Below are positions 9,237 through 18,363 of a DNA stretch of 64,000 nucleotides, in pieces; position 1 is the stretch's first letter, and every line of letters starts with the position of its first letter. This stretch comes from Clostridia bacterium (GTDB taxonomy: Bacteria > Bacillota > Clostridia > Oscillospirales > Acutalibacteraceae): the NCBI GenBank assembly GCA_017395425.1, contig JAFPUM010000034.1:26739-90738 (forward strand), given 5' to 3'. A model generated the notes under the pieces. That model was not told the DNA's origin. It did not search any database and saw only the letters and a list, made by a program, of their open reading frames with translations. The position numbers and the translations under genes were made by a program.

Positions 9237-10685
9237 ATGCGTATGATGAAAAAAATGCTTTCCGATATTATGAAAGGCGTGGTGTGTCCGGCTTTTACGG
9301 ACTGTGAGATTACCGACATTACCGCCGATTCCCGCAAGGCGGGCGAAGGCGTGGTCTTTGTCTGCATCAGGGGACTGAGCGCCGACGGTCACGATTATGC
9401 CGCCGACGCGCTGGCGAAGGGCTCGCCGGTCGTGGTGTGCGAGCGGGATCTGGGATTGGCACAGCAGATTGTGGTAGCGTCCACCCAGACCGCGTTTGCC
9501 GTGATGTGTGAAAACCTCTTCGGCAATCCGCTGGAACAGCTCCGGCTGATCGGTGTGACCGGCACCAACGGCAAGACCTCCGCGACGCTGATCACCAAGC
9601 AGGTGCTGGAGCGCTGCGGTCACAAGTGCGGGCTCATCGGTACGATTCAGAATATGATCGGTGACGAGGTGATTCCCGCCCGTTTTACCACCCCGGATAT
9701 TTACGAACTGCACAGCCTGTTCGGACGCATGGCGGAAGCGGGCTGTGAATATGTCATTATGGAAGTGTCTTCCCACGCGCTGGAACTGGGACGGGTAACC
9801 GGGCTGCATTTCGCGGCAGCCTGCTTTACCAATCTGACGGAGGATCATCTGGATCTGCACGGCACGATGGAGGCGTATTTCGCGGCGAAAGCAAAGCTGT
9901 TTGCCATGACCGACTGTGCGATTGTCAATATCGATGACGCGTGGGGCAACAGGCTCCGCATCGGTGAGAATGTGGAACTCATGACCTACGGCATCGAAAA
10001 CGATCTCGCCGACCTCTGCGCCCGCCAGGTGCATTACGCGGCGGACGGTGTATCCTTCCTGCTGTGTACGGATGGACAGGAACTGCCGGTCAAGGTGCCG
10101 ACGCCGGGACGCTTCTCCGCTTACAACGCGCTGAGCGCGGCGGGCTGCGCGCTGGCGGTGGGACTGTCCCCGGAAGAGATTGCCGAGGCGCTGTGCCACT
10201 CCACCGGCATCAAGGGACGCGCCGAGGTGTATCCCACGGGGCGTGATTTCACGATTATTCTGGACTATGCCCATACGCCGGACGGTGTGGAAAACATTCT
10301 TTCCGCCATGCGGGAAGTCACGGAGGGACGGCTCGTGGTGCTGCTGGGCTGCGGCGGCGACCGTGACCCCTACAAGCGTCCCATTATGGGCGAGGCAGCG
10401 TCGCGGCTGGCGGACTTCGTGATCGTCACGTCGGATAATCCCCGCTCGGAGGATCCCGAACGCATTGTGCAGCAGATTCTGCCGGGTGTGGAACAGCACG
10501 ACACGCCCCATGTGGTGATTGTCAACCGCCGCGAGGCGATGAAGTATGCGGTCGAACACGCGCAGCCCAAGGACGTAATTGTGCTGGCGGGCAAAGGGCA
10601 TGAGGATTATCAGATTCTCGCCACGGGCAAGATTCACTTTGACGAGCGCGAAGTGCTGGCGGAGATTTTCGACGAACTGGCATAA
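9237..10685 (+). CDS. murE: UDP-MurNAc-L-Ala-D-Glu:meso-DAP ligase (MurE)
   Basis: GVTGTNGKTS P-loop and the DNPRSEDP motif. 482 aa. Confidence 0.93.
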   Translation: MRMMKKMLSDIMKGVVCPAFTDCEITDITADSRKAGEGVVFVCIRGLSADGHDYAADALAKGSPVVVCERDLGLAQQIVVASTQTAFAVMCENLFGNPLEQLRLIGVTGTNGKTSATLITKQVLERCGHKCGLIGTIQNMIGDEVIPARFTTPDIYELHSLFGRMAEAGCEYVIMEVSSHALELGRVTGLHFAAACFTNLTEDHLDLHGTMEAYFAAKAKLFAMTDCAIVNIDDAWGNRLRIGENVELMTYGIENDLADLCARQVHYAADGVSFLLCTDGQELPVKVPTPGRFSAYNALSAAGCALAVGLSPEEIAEALCHSTGIKGRAEVYPTGRDFTIILDYAHTPDGVENILSAMREVTEGRLVVLLGCGGDRDPYKRPIMGEAASRLADFVIVTSDNPRSEDPERIVQQILPGVEQHDTPHVVIVNRREAMKYAVEHAQPKDVIVLAGKGHEDYQILATGKIHFDEREVLAEIFDELA

Positions 10686-10687
10686 AT

Positions 10688-10729
10688 AGTGATTAGTGAT
10701 CAGTGATTAGTGATTAGTGAGGAGTGGGG
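10688..10729 (+). repeat. Six tandem 7-nt units in the murE-murF spacer
   Basis: AGTGATT AGTGATC AGTGATT AGTGATT AGTGAGG AGTGGGG, read directly. Starts 3 nt after the murE stop. Confidence 0.85.
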
Positions 10730-10736
10730 TTTTCCC

Positions 10737-12113
10737 ATGGAAACCATGACATTACGCGAAATCGCGGCGGCGCTGGGATGCCATCTCGATGTCTGTGCCG
10801 ACGCGGTCATTACGAATATCACCATCGACAGCCGGGAGGCGGGGGAGGGAACCCTCTTCTTCGCCATCAAGGGCGACCGGTTTGATGCGCACGATTTCGT
10901 GGGCGACGTCATCGCCAAAGGCGCGGCGGCTGCCGTGTGCAGCCGTCCCGTGGAAGGCGTACCGGAAGAGAAGCTCCTGTTGGTTGCCGATACGCGGCTG
11001 GCGTTTCTGGCGCTGGCGGCTTATTACCGTGCCAAATTTGACATTCCCGTGGTGGGTCTGACCGGTTCAGTGGGCAAGACCACCACCAAGGAAATGGTGG
11101 CGGCGGTACTTTCGCAGAAATACAATACCCTTGCCACGCAGGGGAATCTCAACAACGAAATCGGCTTGCCCAAGATGTGCTTCCGTCTCGACCGCAGCGT
11201 GGAAGCGGCGGTGCTGGAGATGGGCATGAGCGGCTTCGGCGAAATTTCCCGGCTGACCCGCACGGCGCGTCCGACCGTGGGCATTATTACCAATATCGGC
11301 GTGTGCCACATTGAAATGCTCGGCTCCCGCGAGGGCATACTTCGCGCCAAAATGGAAATACTGGAAGGGATGGACGAAACCGCGCCCCTGATCATCAACG
11401 GCGACAACGATCTGCTGCCGGAAGGCGTCAAGGGCATTCCAAACCCGGTGATTGTGTGCGGCATCGACTGTGAAAATGCCGACTGCCGTGCCGAGGAAAT
11501 CGTACAGGACAGCGACGCCATGCGCTTTGTGATCAACTGGCGCGGGCAGCGGTATCCCGTGACGCTCCCCGCCGTGGGCATTCACAATGTGTACAACGCC
11601 TGCATTGCCTTTGCCTGCGGAATGCTGCTGAGCGTAACACCGGAACAGGCGGTGAGCGGTCTGGCAGGGTATGTCCCCACGGGAATGCGGCAAAAGATTG
11701 TGCGGCGGAACGGCTATACCGTCATCGAGGACTGCTACAACGCCAGCCCCGATTCCATCAAAGCCTCGCTCCGCGTGCTGCGTGACATGGACTGTGCGCG
11801 GCGGATCGTGGTGCTGGGGGATATGAAGGAGCTGGGCGACTATTCCCGCACGGCGCATACCGAGTGCGGACGTGCGGCGGCGGAATGCGGGATTGACGTG
11901 CTGCTGGCTTACGGCGACGAAGCCAAAGGGTATGTCGAAGGCGCGGGAAGCGGTGTGCCGACGGTGCTGCACTTCGACGATAAACAGGCGCTTTGCCGGA
12001 AACTCTGTGAGATGCGGCAGGAGGGCGACGCCATACTGGTCAAAGCCAGCCGCGCCATGAAGATGGAAGAAGTCATTGCGGCGATTTACAATAGCGATGA
12101 AAATCAAGCATAA
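10737..12113 (+). CDS. murF: UDP-MurNAc-tripeptide:D-Ala-D-Ala ligase (MurF)
   Basis: GLTGSVGKTTTKEM P-loop. Conserved N-terminus METMTLREIAAAL at ATG 10737, with AGGAG at 10720-10724. Confidence 0.93.
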   Translation: METMTLREIAAALGCHLDVCADAVITNITIDSREAGEGTLFFAIKGDRFDAHDFVGDVIAKGAAAAVCSRPVEGVPEEKLLLVADTRLAFLALAAYYRAKFDIPVVGLTGSVGKTTTKEMVAAVLSQKYNTLATQGNLNNEIGLPKMCFRLDRSVEAAVLEMGMSGFGEISRLTRTARPTVGIITNIGVCHIEMLGSREGILRAKMEILEGMDETAPLIINGDNDLLPEGVKGIPNPVIVCGIDCENADCRAEEIVQDSDAMRFVINWRGQRYPVTLPAVGIHNVYNACIAFACGMLLSVTPEQAVSGLAGYVPTGMRQKIVRRNGYTVIEDCYNASPDSIKASLRVLRDMDCARRIVVLGDMKELGDYSRTAHTECGRAAAECGIDVLLAYGDEAKGYVEGAGSGVPTVLHFDDKQALCRKLCEMRQEGDAILVKASRAMKMEEVIAAIYNSDENQA

Positions 12114-12305
12114 TTAGCCGCGTTTTTTTCCCAGGCGGCGGGGATTCCAAAGGGACGAGTCCCTTTGGCAGGTCAAGGGCAGCGCCCTTGCAGGAACCGG
12201 GGCAGCGCCCCGGCAGGCAGCACAACGTGCTGCCGGGCGAATCGCGCTAAGATCAACAACGGGGAAGGGCGAATCCGGAAAAGCAACCCTCCCACAAAGA
12301 TTTTT
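12112..12305 (+). repeat. Multi-hairpin intergenic element, copy A
   Basis: Non-coding 190-nt insert between murF and mraY, collinear with 26607-26792. Hairpins at 12117-12139, 12147-12168, 12174-12190, 12197-12213 and 12216-12234. Confidence 0.8.
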
Positions 12306-12369
12306 TCCCCCCTACCCAAAATTGTAAAACATCAGAGAAATTAAAAAAACATAAGGATGGTAATGGCAA

Positions 12370-13392
12370 ATGATACAGGAATACATCAGCCTGCTGGCGG
12401 CGGCTATCTCATTCGGCACCACCGCGCTTCTGGGAAAGAAGGTCATACCGTGGCTGCACAAGCTCAAATACGGTCAGACCATCAAGGATATCGGTCCCAA
12501 GTGGCATGAGAAAAAGCAGGGTACGCCCACGATGGGCGGTATTATGTTTATCGCCGGTATTCTGGCGGCGTTTCTGGTGTGCCTGCCCATCTATCATCAT
12601 TTGCAGTCTATGGGACGGATTGCCTCCTATTATGAAAATCAGGCATATTGGCTCCGGATGGTGGCGGGCATTCTGATGTCGCTGCTGTTCGGCGCGATCG
12701 GATTCCTGGACGACTATATCAAGGTCGTCAAGAAGCAGAACGAAGGACTGACGCCCTCGCAGAAGATGATTCTGATGATGCTGATTGCGGGCGCCTATCT
12801 GCTGTCGATTGCGCTGATGGGCGACGCGACTGTCACCACGATTCCCTTCCTCGGCGATGTGGACGTTCATTTCTGGTTCTATCCCATTTCGCTGATTATG
12901 ATCGTGGGATTTGTCAACGCGGTCAATCTGACCGACGGCATTGACGGTCTTTGTTCCTCGGTGACGTTTTTCACCGCCATCATTTTCATGATGATTGCGG
13001 GTATGCGCCATATGTTCGGCATGAACATTTTCGCGGCGGCTGTGGCAGGCGGCTGTATCGGTTTTCTGGTGTGGAACTTCTTTCCCGCCAAGGTCTTTAT
13101 GGGTGACACCGGCTCGCTCTTTCTGGGCGGTCTGTTCTGCGCGATGGCGTACAGCCTGAATATGCCGATTCTCGTGCCGCTGGTGGGCATCATCTACCTC
13201 TGCGAAGCGGGCTCGGTGATGCTGCAGGTGTCGTATTTCAAGCTGACCCACGGCAAGCGTATTTTCAAGATGAGTCCGATTCATCATCACTTTGAGATGA
13301 GCGGCTGGAGCGAGGTCAAAATTGTATGGAGCTTCAGTCTGATTACCCTGATTGCGGGCGTGATTGCCGTGGCGCTGACGCTGTTCTGCTGA
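12370..13392 (+). CDS. mraY: Phospho-MurNAc-pentapeptide translocase (MraY)
   Basis: Polytopic membrane protein with NAVNLTDGIDGL and FMGDTGSL motifs. 340 aa. Confidence 0.95.
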   Translation: MIQEYISLLAAAISFGTTALLGKKVIPWLHKLKYGQTIKDIGPKWHEKKQGTPTMGGIMFIAGILAAFLVCLPIYHHLQSMGRIASYYENQAYWLRMVAGILMSLLFGAIGFLDDYIKVVKKQNEGLTPSQKMILMMLIAGAYLLSIALMGDATVTTIPFLGDVDVHFWFYPISLIMIVGFVNAVNLTDGIDGLCSSVTFFTAIIFMMIAGMRHMFGMNIFAAAVAGGCIGFLVWNFFPAKVFMGDTGSLFLGGLFCAMAYSLNMPILVPLVGIIYLCEAGSVMLQVSYFKLTHGKRIFKMSPIHHHFEMSGWSEVKIVWSFSLITLIAGVIAVALTLFC

Positions 13393-13431
13393 GGGGTACA
13401 GGCGGGATAAGAAGCAGGAGGGAGAGAACCA

Positions 13432-14844
13432 TTGGAAAGAATCAGTTCGGATCATACGCCGGAACCGCGTCCGCCCAAACGGCGGAAACCGGTCAGACGC
13501 GAGCCCGATTATTATCAGCCGCAGGATCTGTATCGCGAAGATATGGATCGGTTCTCCGGTCGGCGCCGTTCGGCGCCGCAGCGTGGAGGACAGAAAAAGC
13601 GGCGTTCGGTAGGCGTCTGGTTCAAGGAATCCTGGAAAAGCATGGTGGAGGTGCTGTTTAACCGTCGGCTGGCTTTTGACAAGCCGCTGGTGATTATCGT
13701 GCTGCTGCTGCTCTTCGTGGGTCTGATGATGATGTACTCGGCGAGCTATGCCTATGCGTTTCACGAGAACCATGACAGTATTTTCTACATCCGCAAGCAG
13801 CTGGTGTTTGCCTTTGTGGGACTGCTGTGTATGTTCGGGGTTTCCACCATTTCTCCCGACCAATACAAGGGCAATGTGACGCTGATCCTCATGGGCATCT
13901 GTTATTTTCTGCTGGCGCTGGTGCTGGCACTGCCCAGAATTGAACACGTCCACCGCTGGATCAATCTGGGATTTACCACCTTCCAGCCATCGGAAATCGC
14001 CAAGTTTGCGGCGATTCTCTGGTGCGCCACTTATATCAGCGATCATTATAAGGAGATCAATGTCACCTCCTATCCCGATCTGGAAACCAAGGCGCGTGTC
14101 AATCGCAGCAAGGTCAGAAAGTGGTTCTATTCGATGGGTCAGAGTTTTATGACCGGTGTGCTGCCCTTTCTGATCTGGCTGGGACCCATGCTGGTGCTGA
14201 TTGTCATCGAACCCCATCTGTCCTGCACGGTGCTGATGGTGCTGATTATCGGCACAATGATGTTTGTGGGAGGAACCAATAAAGGCTTTTTCACGATTCT
14301 GATTGCGCTGGCGGTGCTGGCGGGCTATCTGGTCATCTATACGGACATTGTTCCCTACGGTTCCAAGCGCATCAAGGTGTGGCAGGATCCTTTCTATGAC
14401 AAGCTGGGCGACGGCTGGCAGAATATCCAGTCGCTTTATGCGATCAGTTCGGGCGGACTGTTCGGTGTAGGCATCGGCAATTCCAAGCAGAAATACCTGT
14501 ATATCGCGGAGCCGCAGAATGACTTTGTCTTTGCGGTCATCTGCGAGGAAGTGGGACTGATCGGCGCGATGCTGGTCGTGGCAATGTTTGTGTTTTTTGT
14601 CTGGCGTGGCTTTTCGGTCAGCCTTGCCAACCCCAACCGCTTCTGCAAGCTGGTGGGGATTGGCATTACGGCGCAGATCGGCTTCCAGATGCTGCTCAAT
14701 ATCTGCGTGGTTACCAATATGGTGCCCAACACGGGTATCAGCCTGCCCTTCTTCAGTTACGGCGGCACCTCGCTCATGATGCTGCTGCTGGAGATCGGCG
14801 TGCTGCTGGCGATTTCGCGAACGTCACCCAATAAGATTATTTAG
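13432..14844 (+). CDS. ftsW: SEDS family peptidoglycan polymerase FtsW/SpoVE
   Basis: FtsW/RodA/SpoVE signature (FQPSEIAKF, PNTGISLPFFSYGGTS). TTG start 13432 after AGGAGGGAG. Basic N-terminal extension. Confidence 0.9.
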   Translation: MERISSDHTPEPRPPKRRKPVRREPDYYQPQDLYREDMDRFSGRRRSAPQRGGQKKRRSVGVWFKESWKSMVEVLFNRRLAFDKPLVIIVLLLLFVGLMMMYSASYAYAFHENHDSIFYIRKQLVFAFVGLLCMFGVSTISPDQYKGNVTLILMGICYFLLALVLALPRIEHVHRWINLGFTTFQPSEIAKFAAILWCATYISDHYKEINVTSYPDLETKARVNRSKVRKWFYSMGQSFMTGVLPFLIWLGPMLVLIVIEPHLSCTVLMVLIIGTMMFVGGTNKGFFTILIALAVLAGYLVIYTDIVPYGSKRIKVWQDPFYDKLGDGWQNIQSLYAISSGGLFGVGIGNSKQKYLYIAEPQNDFVFAVICEEVGLIGAMLVVAMFVFFVWRGFSVSLANPNRFCKLVGIGITAQIGFQMLLNICVVTNMVPNTGISLPFFSYGGTSLMMLLLEIGVLLAISRTSPNKII

Positions 14845-14866
14845 CGGGAATCATACGGCTGCGGAT

Positions 14867-14904
14867 ATTTCCGGAGGTGCTGCCGCGGCGGCACCTCCGG
14901 AAAT
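14867..14904 (+). other. GC-rich 14-bp hairpin without a U-tract after ftsW
   Basis: ATTTCCGGAGGTGC (14867-14880) pairs with GCACCTCCGGAAAT (14891-14904). Confidence 0.6.
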
Positions 14905-14945
14905 GCAGCCTGCATCGGTGAGACGGCTTGTGCCGGAATGCCGAA

Positions 14946-14999
14946 CCTGAGTCAAAAATCACCGTACCGGAAAGATTTTTGACTGAGGTTTGCCATTTT
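14946..14999 (+). terminator. Terminator or attenuator-like hairpin upstream of murG
   Basis: CCTGAGTCAAAAATC (14946-14960) pairs with GATTTTTGACTGAGG (14974-14988), 14 of 15 bp, followed by TTTGCCATTTTC. Confidence 0.5.
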
Positions 15000-15060
15000 C
15001 TTTTATTCTTTTATATTCATTTATTTTACGCGGAAATCTGTCATACGAGGAGTTTTTGCT

Positions 15061-16191
15061 ATGAACATACTGTTGTCCGGCGGCGGCACGGCGGGTCACA
15101 TCAACCCGGCGATTGCCATCGCGGAGACGATCCGGAAGGAATGTCCCGACGCGAATGTGCTGTTTGTGGGGACGCCGTCGGGGATGGAATCCCGGCTCAT
15201 TCCGCAGGCGGGATTTACCTATACCGCCATGCCCGTGGCGGGCTTTCAGCGCAAACTTACACTGAATAATCTCAAACGCAATATGCAGGCGGCTTACTAT
15301 CTGGCGCGTTCGGGCAGCCGTGCCGCCAAAATCATACGCGACTTCCAGCCGGACTTGGCGATCGGTACGGGGGGCTATGTGTGCGGACCCATTCTGCGCA
15401 AGGCGGCGCAGATGGGCGTGCCGGTGCTGGTGCATGAAGCCAATGCCTTTCCGGGCGTGACGGTCAAGATGCTGGCGCGCTACTGCGACTGCGTGATGCT
15501 GGCGGTGGAGGACGCGCGAAAGCGTCTGCCCGAAGGAACCCGCGCCGTGGTCACGGGAAACCCCGTGCGGGAGGAGATACTGTCCTATGAGAAGGAACGT
15601 GCACGAGAGGAACTGGGTGTGGATGACCGTCCGCTGATCGTATCGTTCGGGGGATCGCTGGGTGCGAGAACCATCAATGAATCCATGCTGCCCCTGCTGG
15701 CACGCAGTGCGAAGGACGGGCGGTATCAGCATATCCACGGCTACGGACAGTACGGGGGATTTGTCCTCGACAGGCTCAAAGAACAGGGCGTTTTTCTGGG
15801 AAGCTGTCCCAATCTCAGCGTGCGGGAATACATCAACGATATGCCGCGTGTCATGGCGGCAGCCGATCTGGTGATCTGCCGCGCGGGCGCGATGGCACTC
15901 GCGGAACTGCAGGCACTGGGCAAGGCGTCGATTCTGATTCCCTCGCCGAATGTGGCAGAGAATCATCAGTTCTACAACGCCATGGCGCTGGTGGATCGCG
16001 GCGCTGCCGAAATCATCGAGGAAAAGGATATCACGCCGGAACTGCTGACGGAAAAGGCGGATTCGCTGGCAGGCGACCGCGCGCGGCTGGAGGAAATGTC
16101 GCGCAATGCCCGCCGGATGGCGATTCTCGATTCCCGCGAAAAAATTTTTGAGATAGTGGAGCTGACGCTCCGTCAGCACGGTAAGCTGTAA
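15061..16191 (+). CDS. murG: Lipid II-forming GlcNAc transferase MurG
   Basis: GGGTAGHINPAIA N-terminal motif and a C-terminal glycosyltransferase 28 region. 376 aa. Confidence 0.93.
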   Translation: MNILLSGGGTAGHINPAIAIAETIRKECPDANVLFVGTPSGMESRLIPQAGFTYTAMPVAGFQRKLTLNNLKRNMQAAYYLARSGSRAAKIIRDFQPDLAIGTGGYVCGPILRKAAQMGVPVLVHEANAFPGVTVKMLARYCDCVMLAVEDARKRLPEGTRAVVTGNPVREEILSYEKERAREELGVDDRPLIVSFGGSLGARTINESMLPLLARSAKDGRYQHIHGYGQYGGFVLDRLKEQGVFLGSCPNLSVREYINDMPRVMAAADLVICRAGAMALAELQALGKASILIPSPNVAENHQFYNAMALVDRGAAEIIEEKDITPELLTEKADSLAGDRARLEEMSRNARRMAILDSREKIFEIVELTLRQHGKL

Positions 16192-16257
16192 GAGATGGTA
16201 ACATGCGGTAAGACAGAAGAAAGAAACGAAGAAAACGCAGTGTAAACACGATGACAT

Positions 16258-18363
16258 TTGTGGGGAGATGTGAATTACTTGGGAGGTAAAAAGAAAAAGA
16301 AGAACCGTATGAATACGAGCTATGCGGGCAAATCGGGCAAGTCGGTCAGAACGGGGGGAACCAATCCTTCGGTTCCCTCTGCGGCGCAGGATAAATATGC
16401 CAAATACGCGGGAGCGGTGAGCAATAAATCCAAGCGCAATTATGCCGATCTGCGGCTGGTCAGTCCCTCCGAACTGCGGGGGAATCCTGTTTCGTCGGTA
16501 CCGTCGGTTGCAAACGGCGGTACTAAAAAAACGCCGGGACAGCCCGTGAAGAGCAGCGGCGCCAAAAAGCCTTCGGGACAGCCCATGAAGAGCGGCAGTG
16601 CCAAGAAGCCTTCGGGACAGCCCGTGAAGAGCGGCAGTGCCAAGAAGCCTTCAGGACAGCCCGTGAAGAGCGGCAGTGCAAAAAAATCTTCGGGACAGCC
16701 CGTGAAGAGCGGCAGTGCCGGGAGCAGGAAACCGATCAGACAGCCCATGCACACCGTCTCCGGAAACATAACACAATCGGTGAATCAGCAGTTTCGCGGC
16801 GGCAAACGGGGGAACATCCAAAGAGCGCCATCCAAGCCATCCAAGCCCCATACCAGACCGACACCCGAAGTCAAAGCACCGGTATATGCCGACGACGAAT
16901 ACAGCCGTGCGCTGAACAATTCGGATTTTTACGGCGATCTGGTGGAAAAATATTACATCAAGTACCCCGAGAAGCAGGAGGAGCGCAAATCAGCTCCGGG
17001 GTCTGCGGCGGCAAGGGAACGTGCCGCGCGGCGCAAGGTGCGCAGAAGCCCGATGGAATCGGTGGTGAGTGAGGGCACCGCCAAAAAGGAAGGTCAAGCC
17101 AGGGACGCACGTCCCTCCATCGCGGAACTGGCGGTCAGAAACCGCGGCACCGATCGGAAAAAGCAGTACGCAAAGGTGGTCAAGACGGGTAAAGCAAAAG
17201 GCAGCATTCCCACGGGTTCGGTACATCGGAAAGTACGCCGCATCAACCGTCAGCGGAGCCTGTTTCTCTACGCGGCTTCGGCAGCGTCCGTGGTAGCGGT
17301 GCTGTGTTTTCTGTTTTTCTTCTGGGGATTCAAGGTCAAGCAGATTGTGGTAGAAGGTGAAACGCCTTACAGTGATAACCGCATTACCTCGCTCTGCGAT
17401 TTCACGCAGGGAGACAATCTGATGTTCATTGATACCGCCGTGTCGGAACGTCAGGTGGTGGAATCGCTGCCGTATGTGGAAACCTGTAAGGTGAAACGCG
17501 CCATTCCCCATTCAGTGGAAGTCAATGTAACCTGTGCGGTGCCGCTGGGTGTGGCGGAGGCAGGCAGTGCCGAATGGGTGATTGTGAGCACCAGCGGCAA
17601 GATTCTGGAAAGCGTTTCCGCGGCGGCGGTGGTGAGCGGAAGTGATCTGGGCGATACGGGTGTATCGACGGCATACACGGCGCAGGAACTGGCAGCCGCC
17701 CGGAAACTGCCGGTACTGGTAGGACTGGAGATGGATCAGGTCAATGTCGGCAGCTTTGTCAACGGCAGTTCCGTGGCAACGGTCAACGGTTTTGCCTGCA
17801 TCTATGAGGAAGCGCAGGCACTCGGTCTGACGCTGGATAAGCTCAAGTACACCGACCGGGGATATGAAGCGGAATATGACGGCAGAATCAATATCGTGCT
17901 GGGCGATACCGATGACCGCAGCATTATCCGGAAGCGACTGGAAATCATCCATCATATCATGTTCGTCAAGTGTGACATCAGCGAGCATGAACGGGGCGAG
18001 ATTACCTATCTGAAAAATCAGATTTTCTTCGATCCCACCTATGACTTCTCGGAAGAGGAACTCGCCAAGTATGCCGAAAAACAGGCAGCAAAACAGAAGA
18101 AAGAAAATTCCCTCGGCAAGCTGGGTGAAGCCGCCGTATCGCTGCTCGATGAAGGCGTGAGCCTGCTGCACCGGGAGAATACCACTACGGCAGCCACTAC
18201 CAAGACCACAGCCGCCAAGACTACGGCAGCCACTACGAAGACCACAGCCACTACCAAGACCACAGCCGCTACAGCGAAGATAACAACTGCTGCTGAAACC
18301 ACCACATCCGAAACCACCGCGGCACAAACGGCAGCATCCGCCACGACAGCGGCAGGGCAGTGA
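16258..18363 (+). CDS. ftsQ: FtsQ/DivIB-like cell division protein with a long repetitive N-terminal extension
   Basis: TM segment (LFLYAASAASVVAVLCFLFFFWGF) followed by a POTRA-like region (VKQIVVEGETPYSDNRITS...). In the position between murG and ftsZ. Start uncertain (16258 or ATG 16309). Confidence 0.75.
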   Translation: MWGDVNYLGGKKKKKNRMNTSYAGKSGKSVRTGGTNPSVPSAAQDKYAKYAGAVSNKSKRNYADLRLVSPSELRGNPVSSVPSVANGGTKKTPGQPVKSSGAKKPSGQPMKSGSAKKPSGQPVKSGSAKKPSGQPVKSGSAKKSSGQPVKSGSAGSRKPIRQPMHTVSGNITQSVNQQFRGGKRGNIQRAPSKPSKPHTRPTPEVKAPVYADDEYSRALNNSDFYGDLVEKYYIKYPEKQEERKSAPGSAAARERAARRKVRRSPMESVVSEGTAKKEGQARDARPSIAELAVRNRGTDRKKQYAKVVKTGKAKGSIPTGSVHRKVRRINRQRSLFLYAASAASVVAVLCFLFFFWGFKVKQIVVEGETPYSDNRITSLCDFTQGDNLMFIDTAVSERQVVESLPYVETCKVKRAIPHSVEVNVTCAVPLGVAEAGSAEWVIVSTSGKILESVSAAAVVSGSDLGDTGVSTAYTAQELAAARKLPVLVGLEMDQVNVGSFVNGSSVATVNGFACIYEEAQALGLTLDKLKYTDRGYEAEYDGRINIVLGDTDDRSIIRKRLEIIHHIMFVKCDISEHERGEITYLKNQIFFDPTYDFSEEELAKYAEKQAAKQKKENSLGKLGEAAVSLLDEGVSLLHRENTTTAATTKTTAAKTTAATTKTTATTKTTAATAKITTAAETTTSETTAAQTAASATTAAGQ
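16522..16716 (+). repeat. In-frame 39-bp tandem repeat x5 inside ftsQ
   Basis: Encodes (S/T)(A/K)KKPSGQP(V/M)KSG units. Copies start at 16522, 16561, 16600, 16639 and 16678. Confidence 0.9.

Noticed and set aside
16522-16716. Considered whether the regular tandem repeats (16522-16716, 44141-45208, 63473-63562) could be CRISPR arrays.
   Set aside because: They are contiguous in-frame coding repeats without unique spacers, and no cas genes are present.
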